A DNA stretch of 64,000 bases, from the NCBI GenBank assembly GCA_046563655.1, contig CM102289.1, positions 8,432,001 to 8,496,000 of the forward strand, read 5' to 3'. The notes below the pieces were generated by a model. The model did not search any database. It was not told the origin of the DNA and saw nothing but the letters and a program-made list of their open reading frames with translations. Positions 39,101 through 49,313 of this stretch are shown in pieces. The translations under genes and the position numbers were made by a program. Each line of letters opens with the position of its first letter. Within the stretch, counting starts at the first letter, position 1. Source of the stretch: Yuukianura sp. NJ FZ-2021 (Eukaryota).

Positions 39101-42100
39101 TTCTGAATTTCCGCACGTCGTAGGCGGAAAGCCTGGAAGCATTAAATGGAAGTTTTTTTAAGAACAAGTTGAGAAAGTTGATTGGATTTGCGAAGCCTGG
39201 GAGCTGTTTCCTTTGCTTTCTCTTTTTTTTCCGTTTTCTCTGTCCTATTTTTAAGGGAAGATGATGACAAGGAAGGGAATGCAACGCTTTGTAACTAAAC
39301 TCCTTCTTTTTCCCATTAGTTTCCGTGGTTCCTCCTGCTTATAAGCCTTTGGATCCTCCTATTTTTCTTAATTAATTAAAAGTTTAACCTTGTGCTTTCT
39401 CTTTGAATTGTTCGCGGCACCTTGTTCTTTGTTGCTTTTGTTCAAAGGAGGGAGAGAGAGTAGTTACTCCCCTCATTTCGTTTGGTAATTTCAACTTAAA
39501 CGTGGTGGAACAATCTGGTGGATCTTAGATTATATTTTTGGATAAGGTCCAAATTGTGTTACAAACGTGTGAAAATGTTACGTTTTTTAATGTTTAATGG
39601 TGGGGCGTTGTGGATTTGAAATTTTGAAAATTATTTGTACATGTGGAAGGAATTACTAGAATAAAAATAATGTTTGAGAGCGAAGCCTCAGAAATTGGTG
39701 TTATGCACAGCAGGATGGCGTTGTAAAATGTGCAATCTCCGTGTGTTGTGATTATTACGAAGCGGGAACATTTGTGTTGGTAGTTGTTGGCTGGAAATTA
39801 GCTGGTCCTCGTACCGTGCCAAAAGCTGTTCGCCTCATCTAATTAATTTACCTTGTAAGGAACATTAAAGAGAAAGTTTACATTGCTTTCACTCTGGCGT
39901 TCTCACGTTAGTTTCCTTTTTGAAAACTTTAAAACTAACTTTTTTCTTTGGATACTCCGCAGGTCCCGGAACCACGTCCTGGATTATGTGTCAACGACTC
40001 AACGACGCTTCCAGACCAGTACTACATCTTTGTAGGAGGGCGTAAGTTATTTTTACCCTAAATCCTGGCGTATAGCCCGTCCTCACGAATACTACTACCC
40101 GCATTTTCGTGTATCTGGTAAACAATTGGGGGATTTAAATCGGTATTTCCTTTGTACCGAGAATTATTTGTCTGGTTTCGTTCCGTCACCCGCAAAAGTA
40201 AAGAAAACTGGCGTGGTATTCGCGAGGATTTAGGGTATTCGAATAGTTTCAACGAAAATTTTATGGTCTAAGGAAAGGATTTTGAAAAACTCATTTTTTG
40301 ATGAAATAGATACACTGATGGACGAAGCTGTGCAGCCATTATATGGACGTCCAATTCTGACGAGAGCCAATGAAGCATATCGGTTCACAACGATTGCAGT
40401 ACACACGAATGCTACCACGCCAGACGGGCAGGCCTACGATGTTATCTTTCTCGGAACAGGTAATTAGAAAAACCACATGCATATGCATGTCTCGGAGTGA
40501 TCGATCGCTGCAGCGCTGCTGGAACTCCAGGGTTCAGCTTAGTCTAAAAAAAGAACAAGGAACTGAAGCTGAAAATTGTATTATGGGAAGCATAATTCTC
40601 ATTTTAGAACGCATGCTCCACTGCGTTTTTCTGCTTTGCTCTATAATTAGATTGTATTTTATAATCTTACATTTTCAATTAGAAGAGTTAATGTTCTGGG
40701 CGTTTATAATTATGCTGGCGTAGGAGTAAGTTAAGTACTTTGGGCGGGTAGCGGGAATTAGGCCGTTTTTGACGGGCCTGGAAGATGAAGAACCTCGTGA
40801 ATGCTAGGAAAGAGTTAAATTATTCTTGTTCAGTTCGTTAATCCATGGTTACATTAATGGGTTTTCGGTAGGTGTGTAGAAGTAGGATGAGGAAGATGGA
40901 GGGAAGATTAGTCTAATCGCTTTCTTAACGAGTGAATGACTCTGATATTAAAAGAAGATTCGACTACTACTAAAGGTTCTAGCATCCTCAGGTTCAGGAA
41001 ATCGGAATTCTCATTCAGTCTTTGGTAGAGCCAAAGCCAAGACTGGAACCTTGGCTGGGAGTCATTTTGAAGTCCCTGAAGCCATAATCGTATCAGCGGG
41101 TGGCTCGGGTGAAAGTGTTAAATGTGACATTGATGTAGGAAAATTGCTTTTAAATTGAAAACCTTTTAATAGATTAAAAATTGGATGCCAGAGGAAAAAG
41201 AGGAGAGAGAGTCCCTGCACAGTAATTTAGAGAAAGTGAAAGCTAAACGACTTCTTTTCTTTTGCGACGAAAAGCGACAGATTATGCACGGGTTGATGCA
41301 TGGTTTCACTTAATTCGATTTGCACACGCTTTAATTATGAAGGTTCCCGGGAATTTTTAAGTTGATTTTTACTTTATCGAAAGTCAAAATAAGTTTGCTT
41401 TTCAAATTGTATCAGACAGTAAAAAATGGAGGTCTTTTTTTCGGTTGTGCTGCGTTGCGTTAGCAAAGAAAAAATCGTAACTAGCTGAAGCGATTGGTCA
41501 CTATGAGCGCTTCTAATGTTAACGTTTAGAACTGCGCAGTAGTTACTTCTATGGCGTAATTTTATGTAAGAGCTGCCGCAACGAGAATCTAGACTGGGAG
41601 AACTTGATCTTGTACGAATTCTTGAATTAGTTAATGTACTTTCGGAAAAGAATTCGTCTCCATTTCTTTTTTCTTTGGCTCCTTTAGAATGATCCCCTCC
41701 TGACTAACTTTTCTGTTTCTTTTCCACTGAAGAGAAAGCTTTCATTAAGTAAAAGTGTCCATTGAGCCTACGACTTGAGCTTCTTTCCGCCTTCCCCATT
41801 TATTTTGGGCAATTCAATGGCTTTAGAAGAACGGAATTAATGTGCTTCCCTAAAATACTTTCAAATCAAATCACTGGTAGAATTAAGCCATTTTCCTACT
41901 CCTAAGGCCTTTTCCACTTGAATTAGAACAGAAAAACTTTACTTAACGATGGACTGATTGAGAAATTTAGGACAACTTTAACTCTATTTTGTTCTTTTGG
42001 TTTTATAGATGATGGCAAAGTACTGACAGTACTAAATGCTGGAAGAGATACGGTCAAGTCTGTGGTGATTCAGGAGATTCAAATGTTCAATTCACCTATA

Positions 42101-45100
42101 CGGGAAATGCTGTTCCTGGGCGGAAGTCCGCCGAAACTTTTGCTAGGATCGGATGACAACTTGAAACTAATAACTGTTCGACAGTGCTTTACTTCCAGAA
42201 TAAAAACTTGCGGGTAAGGGAAAACGACTTGTCATTTGTTACTGAATGTCATCTCTTAATGGATGTAATTCAATTAGCGTAATGGATACAGGAGTTGCCA
42301 AACAAAAATGGTCAAAAGAGACATAAACTTGTGGACAAAACTTGAGAAGTTTCTTCGGTTTTTGTTATCTTGAAAAAAGAGAATTGGTTTTTGTGGTTCT
42401 ATGCTTTCGGCTATTTTGAAAAATTTTGTTCCGTGAGACTATTGATTTTTTGGTAATGCAATTTTTCCTTATTTGATTTTCCAGTGAATGCGTTGCTCTC
42501 CGCAGTCCCTACTGTGCCTGGTGAGGATAACATATGAAAATATAGATTTTTGAAAATATTTTTTGTATAAACTCAGTTTGTGAATGTTTGTTTGTTTAGG
42601 CACAAAAGGAATTCCAAGTGTGTAACGCTGCCTCTAGATGGTCAAGTCTCCAAGAGGGATTACATTCAAAACCTGGTCAGAGGGAATCATTCAGATTGTC
42701 CAAAAATTGCCACGGCGAGTCTAGGTGGCGCTACTTCCTCCAGTGGGTCTGCAAATGGACTCATCCTTCCATCTGAAACACAGAAAGCCACATCCAAGGC
42801 TGTGGATTCCAATGGAATCGCTTCCAAGAGTGGAGAGCCCAAGGAGGTACGAAAATTAGCAGATTCCTGAAATAGAAAATTGTTAAATAGGATTTTCAGC
42901 ACCAGCAGGGCGCGAGAATCCATTTGCGACAATTTTGCATGAATAGAAGGCGAAAGTTAGAAATTTTGCTGAAGCTCCGGGGACCTAAGATGGTGAACCA
43001 TCTTAAGATCATTTCCTTATTCCACGCTTAATTTTAATTTCAAATATAATTTTCTCATGTCAAAGTTTATATTTGAGGAGCCTTAAGGAACTGCGGATTA
43101 ATTTTATTACTCAACGAACCAGATATTTTGAGAGATCCTGTCCCAGATACTGTGAATTAATTCCTTAGAGACTCTCTCTTACTTCTTAACTACAAAACTG
43201 GAGAAATTAGAAGGGAAAGTCGACTTTCTAGGGTAACTGAAATGTGAGGAAAGGATACTGGAAGTACTTGCACTACTGTGAGAGTCTGCCAAGGAAATTA
43301 AATTCCAGCAGAGATGAGTTTTGTGTAACTTTAGCCCACCAATTCCGATAGTACTGGAGGCTGGAAGTTGTTAGATTACTATTTGGTACGTGGTGTGTTA
43401 TTTGTATTCTGGGAGGGTGTTGGGCCCTATTAGGCTACTAATTGAGCTGGACTTATTTAGATTGATTTGGGAGGGTAAAAGTTAGTAGTAGGGGAGGTGG
43501 GTTTTCGTTTCCTGTTCACAAGAAATGGCGGCGGGAAGGGAAACGGACCCTCCATATTTCATCTTGTGATTAATGATGATGAAGAGAGATTTCGGATCTT
43601 ATTAGATTTTTGGTGTGTCTTGGGAGTCAGGATTAAGTGAAGCCTTAATAATTTTTTGTTGTTCACACAGGTTGCTAGTGAGGGGCCAGTAGTTGTGCCA
43701 CGAAGAGACTCCTTCACGGCTGAAACGATGTCAATTGTTGTCGGTGTTAGCTGTATCCTAAGTCTTCTTGTGGGTGTGGCTGTTGGATGGGCTTGTTTTT
43801 CAAGATGCAAGAAGGACCATGATAATATTCCCTATCCAGATACAGATTATGAATACTTTGAACAAAGACATCACAATCTAAACATTAATACGTAAGTTTT
43901 TATTTTTAAAACTTTGTTTTAACTTTTTAAAAGTTTGAAATGCTTGAAATGTTTCAGGCAGTTACGTCTAAGGTTATGGAATTTTAGTTCCAGTTTTTAT
44001 GTTTTCGAATTTGACGGAGTCCATTTATTTTGGAGCGGGCGGAAGATCCGTTTTTGTCGGAAGGCAATAAATGCCTTCCAGAGATTTGAGAGATCAAGTC
44101 TGCCTGAAGCTGGGCAGATGCTTGTCTCTGATTTTGTTGACAGTGTAAATCAAAGGAAGCGGGAGTGATCTATGTGTTTTGGTCCATTGTGCTCCAGGAA
44201 GCATATGGGGAAATAAAAAGTTTATCGGAAAAGAAATCAAACTGATTCGTTGGAAGAAGATTTCTGGAAGGCATTTATTGGATGTAATGTTCCGTTGAAT
44301 GAGGTTTGAGGGGATTGTGCTGGATTCAGGACAAGAGAAACGGGAGAAAGTCTAACGCTTTCATTTTTTTCTTTTCTTGTGACAGGAGATTAGTTGGTGA
44401 GGGAAAGGAGGAGGCAACGTATGCTGAGGTAAGTTGCAATATACCTACGCTAGCCTAACGTTGAACTAAAATGTAACAAAACGTTTCATTTTTCTATTTA
44501 ACAGCCCGTGCTCGATGGGAAGAACGGGTCTAACGTCCTTGTTGGACAGGGGCCTCATCATCAACCTGAGCATCAAGAAACAACCATGTTTCATTTTGCA
44601 CAACCATATAGTCGTGATTTATATCGGTGAGTGTCTGGACAGACCGTATCTGGCCGAGATCTTTTTGGAAGTTGGCCAGAAGGGAGTGGAGATCCCGGAT
44701 CAAATGTCATTTCGGAGTTCCAGCGGAGCCTAACAACCCCGTTGGCTCTCATGTAAAGTTCCTAGTTGGAAATAATTGGCAAACTCTCCAGAAATCCAGA
44801 AGGGCTGGAATCAGGCTCTTGTTGAGCAGAGGAAGGGACTAACGACTTTACTTTTTTTTTCTACGATCTCCTGATCTGTAGGGTAAATAAATTCTTGAAG
44901 TGAACTTGGACAGTTGGAGAGTTAGTGGAAATCCTTGTCATCATACCCCAAGTTTAAAACTCCCTGAGGATAGGGACCCCTTCTGGCCAATGTCAGAGAG
45001 AGAAAGTGAAATTCGGTTTTTTCGTATTTTGATGTCGTAGATATAGCAGTTGAGACACTAATCTGATTACTTTTAACTCTTTTTTACAACAGATTCGAAG

Positions 45101-45314
45101 GGGATTTGAACTCTGGGAGACAAGTTGGAGGAGGGAGACCTGGGGATGCTTTTGTTGGAAGCTTGAGACCAGGTGCTGGAATTCACGGTAATTTTTGTTT
45201 TTTAAAATTTAAAACAACTTTCAAAATAAAAGGACATTTGCTGACTAACTCAATTGGATTTTTTTAGAATCATCATATGGAACAGCTAGATCTGTCAAGA
45301 AGGTCTATTTATGA
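27109..45314 (+). CDS. Sema1a: Semaphorin-1a-like transmembrane semaphorin (Sema domain, PSI domain, stalk, TM helix, cytoplasmic tail); 5'-partial, 19 coding exons
   Basis: GT-AG exons joined in one frame: 27109-27205, 28130-28175, 30058-30120, 30531-30732, 32679-32786, 33601-33689, 35018-35162, 36380-36528, 36660-36707, 39963-40041, 40310-40459, 42009-42213, 42485-42520, 42600-42846, 43671-43891, 44386-44428, 44505-44626, 45093-45187, 45268-45314 (TGA). Total 2192 nt plus 1 nt from a missing upstream exon = 731 codons. Sema motifs: [160 protein letters not shown]. Tail motifs [23 protein letters not shown] and C-terminal VKKVYL match class-1 Sema-1a as I recall it. Start/signal exon not found in the window. 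Confidence 0.93.
30121..30228. repeat. ~39-bp degenerate tandem repeat starting at a semaphorin splice donor
   Basis: TAAGATTTC...CTAACATTTC unit repeated about 2.5 times, beginning at the GTAAGA donor at 30121. Confidence 0.7.
30784..31124. mobile_element. Tc1/mariner-type MITE with 29-bp terminal inverted repeats, in a semaphorin intron
   Basis: Left TACCGTATTTCCTTGCTTATAATTCGCAG; reverse complement of right end TACCGTATTTCCTCGCCCATAATTCGCAG (3 mismatches). TA flanks; AT-rich non-coding interior. Confidence 0.8.
37261..38454 (-). CDS. Secreted peritrophin/CPAP-like protein with four chitin-binding type-2 (CBM14) domains, ~308 aa, nested antisense in semaphorin intron 36708-39962
   Basis: Exons (minus): 38454-38403 ([18 protein letters not shown], signal peptide), 38313-37532, 37444-37367, 37275-37261 (PIPS-stop); 927 nt, in frame. 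Four 6-Cys repeats, e.g. [53 protein letters not shown], separated by P/E/T-rich linkers. Minus-strand AATAAA at 37100-37095. Confidence 0.92.
40054..40237. mobile_element. Tc1/mariner-type MITE occupying most of semaphorin intron 40042-40309
   Basis: Left TACCCTAAATCCTGGCGTATA; reverse complement of right end TACCCTAAATCCTCGCGAATA. TA flanks. Confidence 0.7.
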
Positions 45315-47937
45315 TAAGTTCCGGGATCTCACCTAGGCACCTACCTCCAAATCCTGTTTTGTGTTAGAAATACCCAAAGAATGAGCAAATTTATGAAGCC
45401 AGCAAGAACGCAGCGCTAAAGTTTAAAATATTTGGGGAGTCCGTGAATTGGACGAAGCGCGTGTTGGGAAAACTTTCCAGTCTTGTCACCCATCGATACT
45501 TCCAATTTTTTGGCTCCGAAGAGGAACGCCTCCACAACAATTCAACCTCCAAAAAAAGTGTTTCTTATGAAATGTAGGACTGCGAATAAGTTGGTCTTGC
45601 ATAATTGAAAATTTAGCTCCATTATCGGAAAGATACGAGTCCGTTTTTCTAAATTTTCTGTTTAACCCTGCTTAAGGTTAAAACCAATGTTCACTTCTGC
45701 TAACTTAGACTAAATATTGATTTGTAAGAACACATTCATCAATCCACTTTTGAGAAAGACTGACCTATAACAAAACCGTTTTAATAGTAATTACGGATAG
45801 TTCGTTTATCATCTTGTCGATAGTTGGATAATTCTTTGTACCAAAGTCCTGAAAGTTACGAAAAATTAGCAGGACAGTTTAGGTTTTGCATGAAACCGAA
45901 TAAGACTTAGACCCTGGCAATCTTACTTAAATAGCCGTACGAAAATTTACAAATCAGTTCTCGGTTGAATGTGCATTTAAGTTCCGAAAAATACGTAGTA
46001 ACATAATTACTGTAGTCCGTTTTACTTGTTTGTCCTACAACAGCTTGTGCTAAATGTTATTCGTAAATGTTTGCAGCTAAATCATAACAAGTGCGTCCGA
46101 TCTAACAGACTCAATAGCGTGCCATTACCCAAAGTTTTGTTTCTGGAGGTCAATGACCTTTAGGTTTTAGCCAATTGAAACATTGGATTGTTTGTCATGT
46201 TCAACTCTACTATTGGAAAACATGCGAATCTAGTCTAACAAATTCATGTTTGCTCCTTATGTACAACTGTGTCAGTTATACTGTTTGATTTATAGTGATG
46301 ATTTTAAACATTTTAACCTTACGTTTTTATTTTATGTTTTCTACTTAAGCTTTTACTTACCCTCATTCCTGTCGTGCTCAAAGTCTTAGTTACAGCAATT
46401 TTGTCTCTCTTTCCAATACTTTTAGTCAATCATAATACTTGTGTGTCTAAAACTAAAGTAAGTTTTAAGTAGAATTGTGGAAAGTGCAAGGATTCAGCTC
46501 CAGTCCAATATTTGTTTTCGCGTTTTAGCCTGTTTATGGTTGCGCTGTGATAACAAAGTATCTTTCTAGGGGGTGCAAAGATAGAAATCGATGGGAATTC
46601 GTACAATTGCCTAGCCTACTAAAAATGCCTAAAAGAAAGTAAAATTTTGCCAGAGTGAAGGAAAGCTAATAATTAAAATGCATATCATCCTACTGTACAA
46701 GTGGATTGATGTTACAGAGTTAAAGATAGGGTCAAACGATGTCAAAGCAGCGAAGGGGAGCTAATAAGAACATGAGAGTGGAAACTTTCCAATGTAATAT
46801 GGGATGGAGACGACCAGGACAGACAAAATGCTTACAAGTACTACAAGAAAAGAAAGGTGTGAATACTGTTTTATAACATGCTGGAATCTTAAAATACTCA
46901 AAGGATAATGTTCAGTTGAATTTTGTTAGTTAATTAATTTTTCTGCTTGAAGATAACTTGAGTCGATTGAGATATTTAGAAATTAGTTAATGCTTAAGTA
47001 TAGGTTAACTACAAATACGAGCGGGTGAAAAATTGTAAAGGATTTTGTACTAAAAAAATGGCGAACGAGACAACCTAAAAAAGCATTTTGTATGGTGAGT
47101 TGGTTAAATTGCCAGCAGAACGGCCTTTGATTTTAATTTAAGCACGCAAGGGCAAGGGATCTCCCCTTTGTAATTGCAACAATTTAGTTTAATTATTAAA
47201 AAATTTTCAACTCCGATGTTCTCTATTTCACAAGCAATATTTCTTGTAATAATTTAAGTAAAATGTTGTAAATTGTAAATTATGATAAGATAAAGTTTTA
47301 CCTAAATGTTAACAATTAGGGGATTTTTTTTTATACTCTTCTTAGGTCGTGAAGTCTGTAAGTGTGTAGGCTTCCATTTTTGATTATTTTTTTATTTTTT
47401 GGACTTGGTAGAACAGCGCATGTTTTCTTTTCGTTTTTATACATTGTATGAATTGTGCAACTTGTAAAACTGTGTTGTTTGTTAACCCTTTCATCTTAAG
47501 TGCGTCTTTGCATAGCACGTTGGTAGGACTATGGAGAAAGTTATGTGACATTGTGAAGGTCAAGAGAAATTTATATTTGCACCTAAGCTAATACTATTGA
47601 CTGTAGAAAAGTCTAGTTTTGTGTGTCTAAAAATCTTCTCTTCAATCTAAAATGTTTCTTAAAAGTACTATGTTAGTGTCGTTTTGAATGCCAGTCCTTA
47701 ACATTAATTGCTGCAACTTCTATTTGATTGAATTTGCACAAACAATTGAAGGATGAAGAAATCCGCTTGACATTAAGTCTCTGTTAGCCCTACAGCCTCG
47801 AACCACATTAGTTTTAATTAAGTAAGCAATCACTAACTTTACAATTTTAAGAGGAAAATTAGCAGTTGTTTGGTAAATGGACACTTATTTAATCATATTA
47901 CCTAAGAATTAAAGTTATACGGAAAGCGAAAAATAAA
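45315..47937 (+). other. Putative long 3' UTR of the semaphorin gene
   Basis: Follows the TGATAA stop. ORF-free, with AU-rich/TTGTA tracts (47200-47460) and AATAAA at 47932-47937. The exact end is inferred. Confidence 0.35.
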
Positions 47938-48261
47938 TTGAGTAAGAAAGTTAACAAACTTGTGAAAGAATCAATCAATTGGCACTGATTAATTGCGGAA
48001 TGTTAAGTGAAAGCTGCTTGTCGCGGATGAAAACAGACTAGAAAAGTTTCCGAGAATTTAGTGCGCATTGAGATCGGAGAATGTACGGCGCGAAGAGGCG
48101 GATAGGCCACTCTGCTTTGACTTTCTTTAGGAAGCTCATTGCGGGGGAAAGTTGATGGAGTGAGAATCTTTTGGACTCGTAAAATCCACTGTCAACTTCT
48201 GACCAAAACCAACAAAATCCAATTCCGCATTACAAAAATTTTCAAAACAAAAAACTTTTAA

Positions 48262-49040
48262 AATTTATATCTCGTGAAGGAAAGGCGATAGAGACCTAAT
48301 CTCTTCGCGAAAAACTTTCAAAAAATATGAAGAATTTTTAGGAATGTTAAAAACTCCAAAAGCGAACATCAAGTTTTTCGTCAAATTTTGAAAAAAACCA
48401 TGGACTATAGTCCATGGATTTTTTCGAAATTTGGGCAAAATCTGAGGGTACCTTTTTATAATTTCTAAAAATACAGTATATTTTTGTGAGTTCAGGAGCG
48501 AAGAGTTTACCTTTCTATCACTTTCCGTTCCCGAGTTATGAATTTTGAAAGTTTTTGAAAATTAAAATGAAAGTTTGAAATTTTATATCTCGTGACCGGA
48601 AAGCGATACAGACCTAATCTCTTCGCGAAAAACTTTCAAAAAATATGAAGAATTTTTAGGAATGTTAAAAACTCCAAAAGCGAACATCAAGTTTTTCGTC
48701 AAATTTTGAAAAAAACCATGGACTATAGTCCATGGATTTTTTCGAAATTTGGGCAAAATCTGAGGGTACCTTTTTATAATTTCTAAAAATACAGTATATT
48801 TTTGTGAGTTCAGGAGCGAAGAGTTTACCTTTCTATCACTTTCCGTTCCCGAGTTATGAATTTTGAAAGTTTTTGAAAATTAAAATGAAAGTTTGAAATT
48901 TTATATCTCGTGACCGGAAAGCGATACAGACCTAATCTCTTCGCGAAAAACTTTCAAAAAATATGAAGAATTTTTAGGAATGTTAAAAACTCCAAAAGCG
49001 AACATCAAGTTTTTCGTCAAATTTTGAAAAAAAAACCATG
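48262..49040. repeat. Tandem array of ~2.5 copies of a 318-bp unit; each unit is an imperfect palindrome centred on CCATGGACTATAGTCCATGG
   Basis: CTCGTG anchor recurs at 48271, 48589 and 48907 (period 318). Copies are near-identical apart from a few substitutions at the start of copy 1 and a longer A-run in copy 3. Confidence 0.95.
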
Positions 49041-49313
49041 TCGACTCTACCCGACGAAAGCGCATCGAACGCTTGAAAAACCCTGGAAGTTCACATTCCT
49101 ACTTCTCTAGGCCCAGTTCACTTCCATTCCATGACGCTAAAATGACACCCGAACGCAGCACGTTGCCATGACAACGGTACTTGCTCCATAGTTTTGGTGT
49201 TTAAATTTCACAATCAACACCAGCATGCCAATTTTCTGCCAATCTGTTGGATCAACTGAAAAGTCAAGTGGACGTTCAAGGATAGAAATCGTTGACGAGA
49301 AGCGACAAACGTC

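Noticed and set aside
42847..42992. Secreted semaphorin isoform by intron read-through (TGA at 42868-42870) or an extra stalk exon from 42900
   Set aside because: Possible on paper, but any retained intron gives a stop and the candidate exon translates to an implausible basic peptide; no independent support.
45312..45317. Stop-codon readthrough of the semaphorin
   Set aside because: TGA is immediately followed by in-frame TAA.
48262..49040. CRISPR-like array (regularly spaced palindromic repeat)
   Set aside because: The sequences between the palindromes are identical copies rather than unique spacers, the period is 318 bp, there are no cas genes, and the context is eukaryotic.
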